Below, in pieces: positions 27,330 to 36,879 of a stretch of DNA of 64,000 nucleotides (positions are counted from its first letter, which is position 1; the number at the start of each line of letters is the position of its first letter). Location of the stretch: assembly GCF_964204645.1 (NCBI RefSeq), contig NC_134028.1, positions 17,243,653 through 17,307,652 of the forward strand, in the 5' to 3' direction. The DNA comes from Tubulanus polymorphus (lineage: Eukaryota; Animalia; Nemertea). Made by a program: the position numbers and the translations under genes. The notes below the pieces were generated by a model that was not told where the DNA came from, made no database searches, and was given only the letters and a program-made list of their open reading frames with translations.

Positions 27330-27730
27330 AGTAATAGGGATAATAGGCTTTCAGATCAAAGGTCGAAGGGTCGAGCTCGTAAAAAAATGAAAATAACAAT
27401 AATTAACAGTTGAATTAGTCGCGCACACTCCTAATTCAACTGTAAATTATTGTTATTTTCATTTTTTACTGACTCGCCCCTTCAACCTTTAACCTGAAAG
27501 CCTATTATCCCTATTACTCTTAAAATAATCATGTAAATGAATAACATTTAAATTGACAGATTATTCAATATAAAAGTGTGAGCTCTTATAGAATAGATAT
27601 ATAGATATATTTACAACATTATTTCAATATTTATATTTGTATGAGTTAGATTTTTTAACATTAAAAGTTTTAGTAAAGTGTGATTGAAATAATACATGAT
27701 ATAAATCATTGAACTTCTAAAATCAATTTA
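27330..27730 (+). repeat. Left TIR; starts AGTAATAGGG and contains a 189-bp foldback (27330-27518)
   Basis: Reverse complement of ~40922-41306; same start point as the copy at 58707. Confidence 0.92.
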
Positions 27731-27751
27731 GTAAAAAAATATGTATAATAA

Positions 27752-28390
27752 ATGGAACCAGAACAACCACAAACTATCAATATAAAAAATAACGCTGGTG
27801 TTATAAATATATACTACAAGAAGTGTTCTAAGTGTGAAATAGATAAATTAGCTATAACAGATTTAGTAAGCGTAAGATTAGCAAAGATGGTTTTCAATAT
27901 TGTTGTAAAACTTGCACTTAACTATATACCAAACAATATCGAGAAGATAATAGAGAAGCTTACAATGATTATATGACAGAATATATGAGAGATAGATATC
28001 AAACAGATCTTAATTTTAGATTGAAACAATGCTTAAGATCTAGATTAACACAATTATTCAACAAAGAAACACATTCAGAAACACTATCTAATTTATTGGG
28101 TTGTTCAGATGAATTTCTCAAATCATGGATTATATTTCAATTCGATGATAAAATGAATATAGATAATCATGGTGAATACTTTCATATTGATCACGTTTGT
28201 CGATTTCTAAATTTGACATGAATCATGAATACAATAATAAACTTATTTGGAGTTGGAACAAATTTAAGACCATTAGAAAAGAAGGAAAACATAATTAAAT
28301 CTAATAAACTAGATATACAGTTATATTTAGATCAACTGGATAAAGCAAGGACATTTGTTGAATTATGGAACTCAACACATAATGAAAATA
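27752..28390 (+). pseudogene. HNH endonuclease with N-terminal Cys motifs, frameshifted
   Basis: KCSKC, LLGCSDEFLKSWI, HIDHV, NLRPL..ENIIK; open homolog at 59498-60292. Confidence 0.75.
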
Positions 28391-29330
28391 CGTTGAAGCT
28401 TGAGCGCTTAGAAAACCGGTTACTCTCGATCTATGTCAAACCGCCTATATGTAATTGTATTAGGTTGTTTACAAAAACATCTGTCGCACGTTATATTCAG
28501 TTGAATGGGGTGTATCTCATTTGAATATTGATCGACTGTGCTATTTCAGTTGAAAAGGATTAATCAATAACATTACAAAGGAACATCTGTTGCACAGACA
28601 GTGTTTAGCTAGTGAATAACTGGCAGTTATAAACGCGCAGCACATAAGCATAGGAACGTATAGGATATTCTCTCTATAAACACAATTTTAGGAGTTTACA
28701 GTTATAAATGTAAGTACTGTTTTTATTGTTATTAAGGCGTTGGGAAACGTTAAACATGTAAAACTTATTCTGGTAAGATGCGTCACAAATGGTTATGTTT
28801 AAGTGCTGTAATTAATATTTTACAACTACAACTTCAAGTTAGTTTTATTCTACGTTAGATATTTATCTTTTAGATAACAAAATGAAGGCCATTGAATCAA
28901 GAAAGTGAAGATAGATGGATGTGGAATCAGAAATTATGGATATTTCAACTCATGAGACTGTAGCAGTTTAGCCATACTGTATAGGCTTTCAATGCATTAC
29001 GTTTGCCGGAATTTCAATTGCGTCATTCAGCTGTTGTTAATGTCACGCACAGTGACAGATGTTCTATTATACTTTATTGATTCCTACATTCCACGCATAC
29101 CTTACCGCGCATTTCATGCGCGGCTTGGAATGTGGAAATCGATAATGATTGTAGAATAAAATATATGTGTTTATGAAATAGTATTTCCACCAGTCGTTTC
29201 TTTGAATTTATTTTCAGTTTTAGGATTTATTATCGAGAATCCGAAATGACTTATCTGGACCGTTATAATTACTGCTCCTAATAGATAGACAATAGTAGTG
29301 AGATGGTGCCGTACGGCACCCACATGGTGA
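28391..29330. mobile_element. ~940-bp secondary insertion into the Maverick
   Basis: Absent from the homologous region at ~60250-60310; flanked by TA; palindrome ggtgccgtacggcacc at 29305-29320. Confidence 0.6.
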
Positions 29331-29573
29331 TATTAAATCCTAATTTAAATAAAATATAATAAAAAAACAATAACTTCAACTAGCTAGTGAATTCTATTAT
29401 ATTTTCAATATTTTCTTTTCAAAAGAGAATACTTTATATTTTGAATAGATTCAAATAGAAATTCTTTAAATTCAAATAGCTAGTATCAGTAGTCAATACT
29501 AGAATTCTTTAACTTTAACTATCTAGTATCAGAATACTTATAATATTTTTCGTATTAAATTTCTCTAATATAA

Positions 29574-30176
29574 ATGTCAAAGAAATTGAGTAACAATAGT
29601 ATTGATATTGAAAAAACATTAGATGATTTGGGCATAAGTGATAATAAAGATACAGTTGTTTCTAATTCTATTCAAGTTAATAACAATATTGATTATGAAT
29701 ACTATTTATATTGTAAGCATCATCTTCAATTATTAATTGCTGGCGGGAAATCTAAGGATTTCTTGGGAAAAATTTTAACTTATCAAGAACTGGATGCTAT
29801 GAAACCCGATAAAGTAATAAAATATTTTAAGATTTATGAAGAGGCAAGATTGGCCCGAATAAATGATTCTATTTCAGATGGTATTGTCAAATGTTATTCT
29901 AAGTTATGTAACCAGTTAATACCAATTGATGATGAAAATAAATTATATAGTGATTTGAAAAATGACTACTTAGTTATGATTGAATTAAAAAAATGGGTTG
30001 GTTATGCTTCATTTCAATTAGGATCGGTTATGACATTAATTTCTACTGGCGTCATAACATTTTCGAACATCAAACCTATGGAATATAAATCAGGTAAGAA
30101 CGAAACAGATGTACTACAACCAAACGTCGAAACAGAAAATGAATCAGAACAAAAATTAACTAAAATAAATGAGTGA
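29574..30176 (+). CDS. Maverick hypothetical protein (200 aa, C-terminal hydrophobic segment)
   Basis: Open ORF with TAAATG start; highly similar copy at 60534-61136. Confidence 0.8.
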   Translation: MSKKLSNNSIDIEKTLDDLGISDNKDTVVSNSIQVNNNIDYEYYLYCKHHLQLLIAGGKSKDFLGKILTYQELDAMKPDKVIKYFKIYEEARLARINDSISDGIVKCYSKLCNQLIPIDDENKLYSDLKNDYLVMIELKKWVGYASFQLGSVMTLISTGVITFSNIKPMEYKSGKNETDVLQPNVETENESEQKLTKINE

Positions 30177-30537
30177 TAGCGTTAAGAAAAAGGCTAGATC
30201 CGAGAAACAAATTAAATGGGCAAGAGAATTAGGTAAAAGATCTTCAGAATTAAAAAAAGCTAAGAAAAAGAAATTAACTGATATAAATGAATCACAGACT
30301 TTATCTGATATTGATTCAAATAATAATCCATCTAATTCTTCTAATGCTGGAAGTAATTATAAATTATATATTACAATTGGATTAGCAACAGTTATTATAT
30401 TATCCGGTGTAATATATAAATCAAAATTCAAATCTGGTGATAAAGATGATTCCAATGACAATAAACCTATCATACCAGAAAATAAGTCAAATCATAAAGT
30501 CATTGAAACTAAATCTAAATTATTATTAATGGATTAA
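30169..30537 (+). CDS. Maverick basic protein with one transmembrane helix (122 aa)
   Basis: Lys/Arg-rich N-terminus; YITIGLATVIILSGVIY. Confidence 0.7.
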   Translation: MSDSVKKKARSEKQIKWARELGKRSSELKKAKKKKLTDINESQTLSDIDSNNNPSNSSNAGSNYKLYITIGLATVIILSGVIYKSKFKSGDKDDSNDNKPIIPENKSNHKVIETKSKLLLMD

Positions 30538-30543
30538 AAGAAG

Positions 30544-31625
30544 ATGAAAAAAGAACAATATTTAAGAGAGTTATATTATAACCCAGAGAGTGAAGTATCA
30601 TATTCTAACGTTTCAGAATTATGGAATAAAATTAATCTGATAATGAAAATGGTGATATAAAATATAGTGAACTAAGATTATGGTTACAAAATCAACCAAC
30701 ATACCAAATCCATAAGAAAATGGATGAAACTTATTTAACAAGAAAAGTTATGGTTTCATATATTGATCAACAATGGTAAGCAGATTTAATTGACATGAAG
30801 AACTTAGAAGAACACAACACAGGATATTTCTGGATATTAAATGTTATAGATATATTCAGTAGATACGCATGGTCAATTCCAATCAAAAATAAAACTGGTA
30901 TAGAAGTGACAAATGCTTTTAAGAATATATTTGAAGAAACTATTCCAGATGAGATACAATTTGATGAAGGTGAGGAATTTTATAACAAACATTTTAAAAA
31001 ACTATTATCTGATAACGATGTAGATTATTTTTCAACACACTCAGATAAAAAAGCATCTATTATAGAAAGATTTAATAAAACATTGAAAACTAGAATGTGG
31101 AAATATTTTACTGCTAATGAAACATATAAATATATCGATGTGTTAGATGATTTAGTGAAAGGTTATAATAATTCTAAACATAGTTCTATAAATATGAAAC
31201 CTATACAAGCTAGAAAAGAAGATAATTCAGAAATAGTTTGGAATAATTTATATGGAGCGTTTGTTACACATGATTTCGGTGAACCTAAATTTAAAATAGG
31301 AGAACACGTAAGAATATCTAAATATAGAAAAACATTTTATAAAGGTTATACCCCTAATTTTACAGAAGAAATATTCAAGATTAAAAAGATAATATTAACT
31401 AAACCTTTTGTTTATAAACTAGAAGATCTAAAAGATGAAGAAATATTAGGTTATTTTATGAACAAGAATTATCACTTGTACCAAATCCAGATGAAATAGA
31501 ATACAAAATAGAAAAAGTATTGAAAACAAAAACTCTTAAAGGAAAAAAGTATTCTTTGGTGAAATATAAAGGATATGATGATAAATTTAATGAATGGATT
31601 TTATCTAGTAAAATTAAAAGAATAA
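30544..31625 (+). pseudogene. Retroviral-like (RVE, DDE) integrase with C-terminal chromodomain
   Basis: QW*ADLIDM, VIDIFSRYAW, QFDEGEEF, ERFNKTLK, YNNSKHSSINMKP; after a frameshift YKIEKVLK...LVKYKGYDDKFNEWI. Confidence 0.92.
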
Positions 31626-32237
31626 ATGAATAAAGATTTATTTATATTTGAACCGAATAATATGTTAATAACTGGTGTAACCAATTGTGGTAAAACACAT
31701 TTCATATTAGATTTGTTAGAAACTATTTATAAGAATCATTTTGATAATATAATATTATTCTGTCCTACTTATGAAATGAATAAAACATATAATAGAGATA
31801 TAGTTAAGATAAAAAAGTTTATTATATTAAATCCTAAAACAGTAAAAGAAAATTTAGATAATTGTATTAAAATAGCAATTGATACTTATAAAGGATCAAA
31901 TACATTATTCATTGTAGATGATTGCGCAAATTTACATTATTCAAAAGTTAGAGAAAGTGAGTTATGTTATCTAGCTTTCTCTGGAAGACATTTTGGGATA
32001 ACAACATGGGATTTAAATCAAAAATATAATTCAATTGTTGAAGACTTTAGGGAGAATATAAGATTTCTAGTTTTATTTTATAACAAAGATAAAAAATCTA
32101 TGCAACAATCATTGGAAGAAAATCAAATTATACCTACTGAATTACATGATGAATATATGAATAAATTAAAGAATAATAAAGGTTCAAAATTATTACTGAG
32201 ATTACAATTTCCCTATGAATACAAATTTACAAAATAA
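31626..32237 (+). CDS. A32/FtsK-HerA-like DNA packaging ATPase
   Basis: Walker A GVTNCGKT, Walker B LFIVDD, GRHFGI arginine-finger motif. Confidence 0.9.
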   Translation: MNKDLFIFEPNNMLITGVTNCGKTHFILDLLETIYKNHFDNIILFCPTYEMNKTYNRDIVKIKKFIILNPKTVKENLDNCIKIAIDTYKGSNTLFIVDDCANLHYSKVRESELCYLAFSGRHFGITTWDLNQKYNSIVEDFRENIRFLVLFYNKDKKSMQQSLEENQIIPTELHDEYMNKLKNNKGSKLLLRLQFPYEYKFTK

Positions 32238-32249
32238 CTATTTGTATAC

Positions 32250-32585
32250 CTATGTATTAGATACCCTAATACCTGATACCCTATTAGATACCTTAAATAC
32301 TTAAAACCCCCTTTTTTAAAATAAATATTTTTTATACAATTTTCAACCAATTTATTTTTATTTTTTCAACTAATATATGAATAAGTTTGAAAATAATAAA
32401 GGTTATTTATTATTACTGAGGTTTCAATATAAATTTAAAAAAGAAATATAATTTAAGGTATTTTCAAATAATATGTATTAGATATGTATTAGATATGTAT
32501 TAGATACCCTATTAGATACCTTAAATACTTAAAACCCCTTTTTTATTTACTATTATTTTATACAATTTTCAACTAATATTATTAT
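32250..32585. repeat. Direct repeats at the convergence point of the two gene arms
   Basis: ataccctattagataccttaaatacttaaaacccc twice (~32276, ~32505) and tatgtattaga repeated. Confidence 0.75.
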
Positions 32586-32608
32586 TTGAGTTAAATATAA
32601 TTAATATC

Positions 32609-33528
32609 TTAATCACTTTCATCATCACTCTCCAATTCACTATCAGACCCTAACAATTTATTCAAATTCTCTACCGAATTTTCTTCTTCAAATTCTCTAT
32701 TATTTTTATACTTATTCTTCACCTTTTTTACCGCATCATCAATAGTTGTTTCATTGTTATGCTTATTCATCCAATCAAATTTATCATTATTTTCTACTTT
32801 ATGTTTCATAGAATCTTTATTAGTCTTTGCTCCTAATATTTCATTTACAGTGTTTGATCCTAATATTTCATTAGCATCGGTTAGATCTAATTCATCTTTA
32901 TTAGGTGTTGCTAATAATAAATCTTCATATATTTTTTCACCATTTACTTTTTGATTTGAAACAAGCTTTGTAACATATCTAAATGGGTGTTCTATAAATT
33001 CTTTTAACCAACACGTTCTATAACATTATTTATATGTACCCTTGTATTCATATGTTTATTCCAATTTGATGTAGCGTTTGAAAATCCACTTTTACAATAT
33101 CCACAATAATTTCTATTTTCACTAACATTTAATATTATTTCATTATTAGATGTAGAAGGTATTACATTATTAGATGTAGAAGGTATTACATTATTAGATG
33201 TAGAAGGCATTACATTATTAGATGTAGAAGGTATTACATTATTAGTTGTAGTAGGTATTACATTATTAGATGTAGAAGGTATTACATTATTAGATGTAGT
33301 AGGTATTACATTATTAGATGTAGTAGGTATTACATTATTATCAATTACATTACTTAAATTATCAACAACTTCACTTTTATTATTATCGATTTCTATTAGT
33401 TTAGTTTTATAAATTTTGAAAATAGGATCAAATATCAAAGCTATATTACAAGGTATTACATAATATAAACCATCATTATTTTCATGTGTATCGATATATG
33501 GAATATGTTTATATACTTTACCTTCTAT
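32609..33528 (-). pseudogene. C2H2-type zinc-finger protein with 8-aa repeats and acidic tail
   Basis: Start appears mutated (TAAATA); (NNVIPSTS)n; CGYC...KHMNTRVH; continues by frameshift into 32609-33000. Confidence 0.6.
33142..33340. repeat. 24-bp coding tandem repeat, ~8 copies
   Basis: cattattagatgtagaaggtatta repeated. Confidence 0.92.
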
Positions 33529-33560
33529 TTATTATATAAATTTTTATTAAAGTTAAAATT

Positions 33561-33914
33561 TTAATACATAACACTATTTAATTGAGAATTTACAATATTT
33601 AATTGCGCGTCAGATATAATATAAATGTGCATTTTAAAATTTTTGATTCCTTTATTCTTTGTCATGAATAATTGTATTCCATCTTTAGTGTTTTGTAATT
33701 TTTTATCCAGAACCATGTAATGAATTATCCTCTGTTGTTCTAAAATCTAACCATAATGCATATTTATTACCGGTATAATAATCAATTTGATTAATGTTAC
33801 AATTTTCAGATGATTTCACTTTTTCATTCATAAAATGTTTTCTAATTTCTGGCCATTGATCAATCATTCTCATTCCTTGACAAAATATTTTATTTGCTAT
33901 TCCTTCGATAGTTA
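33561..33914 (-). pseudogene. C-terminal remnant of the putative major capsid protein
   Basis: TIEGIANKIFCQGM..DQWPEI...KYALWLDFRTTEDNSLHGSG*KLQNTKDGIQL...YIISDAQLNI resembles the C-terminus of invertebrate Polinton capsids (recognised from memory). Confidence 0.6.
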
Positions 33915-34213
33915 ACATCCTGTTGTTGCACAATAAACAGCAAAATTTAATTGGTTCTGCCAATACTTCATATTAGATTTTAATAACCATTGTTTTGCCT
34001 CATTTAAATTTTTGAAATTAATTGTATACACATGAAATATATTTTCCATCTTTACATGAAAATTATTACTTTCAGTAACATAAATATATATATATCAATT
34101 AATGAATTTAAAACTTCATTTCTATATGTAATATCTTTATTAAAATCTATTGCTGGAATATTATATTTAATTGATTTATTATATTGGAAAGCTTTTGGAA
34201 AACTATCTGCCAT
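33915..34213 (-). pseudogene. N-terminal remnant of a Polinton protein with WQNQLNFAVYCATTGC motif
   Basis: Longer homolog at 55039-55600 continues past the junction. Confidence 0.65.
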
Positions 34214-34229
34214 TTATATAATTACAAAA

Positions 34230-34666
34230 TTAATAATCAACTAATTCTTTTAATAATTTATCTTGCTCTTCAACTGTTATATGACCATTTAAACTTATTA
34301 TATAATTTAGTGTATTCTTCAATTTATTAATTTCTTTTATATTAGTTTTAATTTTTTCCTTATTACTTTTTATATTTAATTTTGAACTTATACCAGTTAA
34401 AACACTTGAACTTAATCCTAATACACCAATTGATATAGCTAAAGGTGTTAATGGACTGAATATTGCTAGAAATGTTATTACAGAACTAATTGTAACCGAA
34501 CCACTTATAATCAAATAATATATAATTTTACTTTTTAAATATTTTTTTCTTTTTTTATCTTTAAGTCACTTTCAAATTCTAATATTTGTTTTTCTAAATA
34601 TATTTTTAATTTAGTTTTATTTATATCATGAGGAATAATATCAATATTATCAACTTTATCTTCCAT
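34230..34666 (-). pseudogene. Two-TM membrane protein with coiled-coil tail, frameshifted
   Basis: Hydrophobic hairpin IISGSVTISSVITFLAIF...IGVLGLSSSVLTGI; homolog at 54630-55020. Confidence 0.65.
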
Positions 34667-34685
34667 TTATTTAGCAAAAAAAAAA

Positions 34686-35111
34686 TTACTGATTAGTAAA
34701 TTTATATGCTACAAATATAACAATAACTGTTCCACCTAAAATCCAAATTATTTCATATTTCTGTTGTTCTTTACTTGGGGTATAATAATCTGATAAATTA
34801 GGTTTGTATAGATGTAATTTTTCTTTATTGGTTACCGCGTTATATAAACTCATTGCATCATCAACTGATTGAAAATCTCTATGTGAAATCTTCTGATCAT
34901 ATAATTCCTTGTTAATATAATCCATATAGTTTTGTCTCTTTTCTCTATATTCTTCAGCTGCTTTATTATATTTCTCTAATGCTAAGTTATGTCTTTTCTG
35001 TTCTGTTAATGATCCATTTTTATCAATATGTTTAAATAAATAACCACCACCAGTAAATGCTAAAGCGTTAACAATTGCCGATCCTATAATAGTTATAACT
35101 GCTGAAGCCAT
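34686..35111 (-). CDS. Conserved Polinton membrane-associated protein (E..RHN motif)
   Basis: N-terminal hydrophobic VNALAFTGG, EQKRHNLALE, LSDYYTPS, C-terminal TM; homolog at 54304-54613. Confidence 0.75.
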   Translation of the reverse strand: MASAVITIIGSAIVNALAFTGGGYLFKHIDKNGSLTEQKRHNLALEKYNKAAEEYREKRQNYMDYINKELYDQKISHRDFQSVDDAMSLYNAVTNKEKLHLYKPNLSDYYTPSKEQQKYEIIWILGGTVIVIFVAYKFTNQ

Positions 35112-35135
35112 TTATTTAGTAAAATAATTATGCAT

Positions 35136-35357
35136 TTATATGGGAGGAATATATTTTTGTTTTTCTAAATAATCAATAGTTAAATTAGATAAAGTAACGG
35201 CTAACGTTAATTTTAAAATATCATTTATATCAAATCTATCAACATTAACTCTTCCCATTTTAAATACTTTTTTTAATACCATTGAATAACCAACAGTTCC
35301 AACTGATAGTAATGCTCCATTATATAATCCAGTTATTATCCACTTATTATCACTCAT
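35136..35357 (-). CDS. Small hydrophobic Polinton protein (73 aa)
   Basis: Open ORF with TAAATG start; homolog at ~54075-54280. Confidence 0.7.
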   Translation of the reverse strand: MSDNKWIITGLYNGALLSVGTVGYSMVLKKVFKMGRVNVDRFDINDILKLTLAVTLSNLTIDYLEKQKYIPPI

Positions 35358-35714
35358 TTATTTATAAAAAAAATTACTATCATCAAAATATTTAGTTATC
35401 TTATTTATGATTAATTCAACATTTATTTCATTACTAGTTTCATTTGTATATATTTCAATTATTATTTTTTTAATATCATCGATGATAAAATCTTCATCTA
35501 ATTCATAAAATCGTAAAGATTCTCTAATTAAATTAGTAATCTTTTCTACATTTAAACTTTCTTTATCTATTGTTGTTTCATACTCAAATGTTGTTTCATT
35601 AGAAAATGTAATGTTTTTGATATGTGTAATTACATCATTAACGTTAAATTTCATTTCTTTCTCACGTTTAAAATCAAACCCAAAACATATACTCGGTCCA
35701 ACAGTTATATTCAT
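35358..35714 (-). CDS. Hypothetical acidic protein (118 aa)
   Basis: Open ORF with TAAATG start; 3' end homolog at ~53980-54072. Confidence 0.6.
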   Translation of the reverse strand: MNITVGPSICFGFDFKREKEMKFNVNDVITHIKNITFSNETTFEYETTIDKESLNVEKITNLIRESLRFYELDEDFIIDDIKKIIIEIYTNETSNEINVELIINKITKYFDDSNFFYK

Positions 35715-35730
35715 TTATATAATGAAAAAA

Positions 35731-36490
35731 TTACTCTTTACATCTTATCACTAATTCATATATCACAGGAAAGTTATTCAAATCAATTAAATATCCATTA
35801 TGATTTCTAATTTCTAATTTAAAATTATAAAATTTAGGAATACAAGGTTTAAAATCACATTCTGTTAAATTATAATTTATTTGAGTTCCAAATTGTTTAA
35901 CATTTTTTAGCGGTAAAATATTTAGTATACTAGAACTTGAAATTGTTTCTTTAGTTGCTTCGAAAGTTTTTGTAGGCTCGATTAAATTGCAATAAATATA
36001 AAAGTGTGTAAAAGGTATTATATTTGAATTACCGTCTATGTTCCCTGTAACAGTATCTGGTGCAATTCCTAGCAATTTAGCTAATGGTTTTTTTTACCAT
36101 AAATGCATGTTGACTTTCATCATATACCTTTATTTTAATTTTATTTATGCTATCACTATTTATAAATCTAATTAAAAATGTATCATCTTTTCTAATTTTC
36201 AACCGTGCTCTTCGATTAATTTCTTGAGCTAATGTTTCTAAATTATATAATCCTGGTTTTAAAATTATATGAAACCATTTATCTACATTTCCAATATGAA
36301 TTAAAAAAGTATTATCTTCAATAGTTTTATCCGTTATATTATAAAAAGAATTACATAAACTTATATTAACTAATTTTAAATCTACACAATTCTTAAATTC
36401 TCTATCTAATTGAACTAGTAAATTATGAGATTTATAATTAGTGAGTTTTCTTGAATCAACAAATATTCTGTATTCTTTTAATTCCGCCAT
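35731..36490 (-). pseudogene. Minor capsid (penton-like, single jelly-roll) protein, split by a frameshift
   Basis: IFVDSR, NSFYNIT, LKPGLYN, FYIYCNLI, ILNILPL, LEIRNHNGYLIDLNNFPV: pattern typical of Polinton/virophage minor capsids. Confidence 0.7.
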
Positions 36491-36507
36491 TTATTTTACA
36501 TATTTTC

Positions 36508-36861
36508 TTATTCGAAATCTATTTCATGGTGCCCCTTTTCATTCTTACCTTTGTATACGAAATAGAAATCACCAGAACATAATTCTTCTAGATCTTCACT
36601 TGATAATCTATGAAATCTATCCGGTAAATATGTTCTGAATTTATATGTATTTCCTTTTAATCCTTCATATTCTAAGTGTATAACTAATTTATCTCCATAT
36701 TTGTTAGTAACTCTATCAATATTTGTAATTAGATATTCATTATGGATTATTAATTCTTTTAACTTCTTAAATTTATAATCTACTGATTTGACGTTTGAAG
36801 TATCTTTTATTCTATCTAGAAATAATTTGTTGTTCTCACTGTGTGCTTGTTTACTCTCCAT
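36508..36861 (-). CDS. Small protein next to polB, possible OB-fold ssDNA-binding protein
   Basis: FKKLKEL...RVTNKYGDKLVIHL...TYLPDRF; function is inference. Confidence 0.55.
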   Translation of the reverse strand: MESKQAHSENNKLFLDRIKDTSNVKSVDYKFKKLKELIIHNEYLITNIDRVTNKYGDKLVIHLEYEGLKGNTYKFRTYLPDRFHRLSSEDLEELCSGDFYFVYKGKNEKGHHEIDFE

Positions 36862-36879
36862 TTTAATAACATATTTTTA

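Noticed and set aside
27381-27396. AAAAAAATGAAAATAA in the TIR as a poxvirus early promoter
   Set aside because: Similar to the consensus but low complexity and ~370 bp from the first ATG; not supportable alone.
33703-33963. 86-aa ORF as a real gene, or TTGC as a Walker A motif
   Set aside because: Chimeric across a deletion junction; the homolog reads TTGCGIN, with no GKT.
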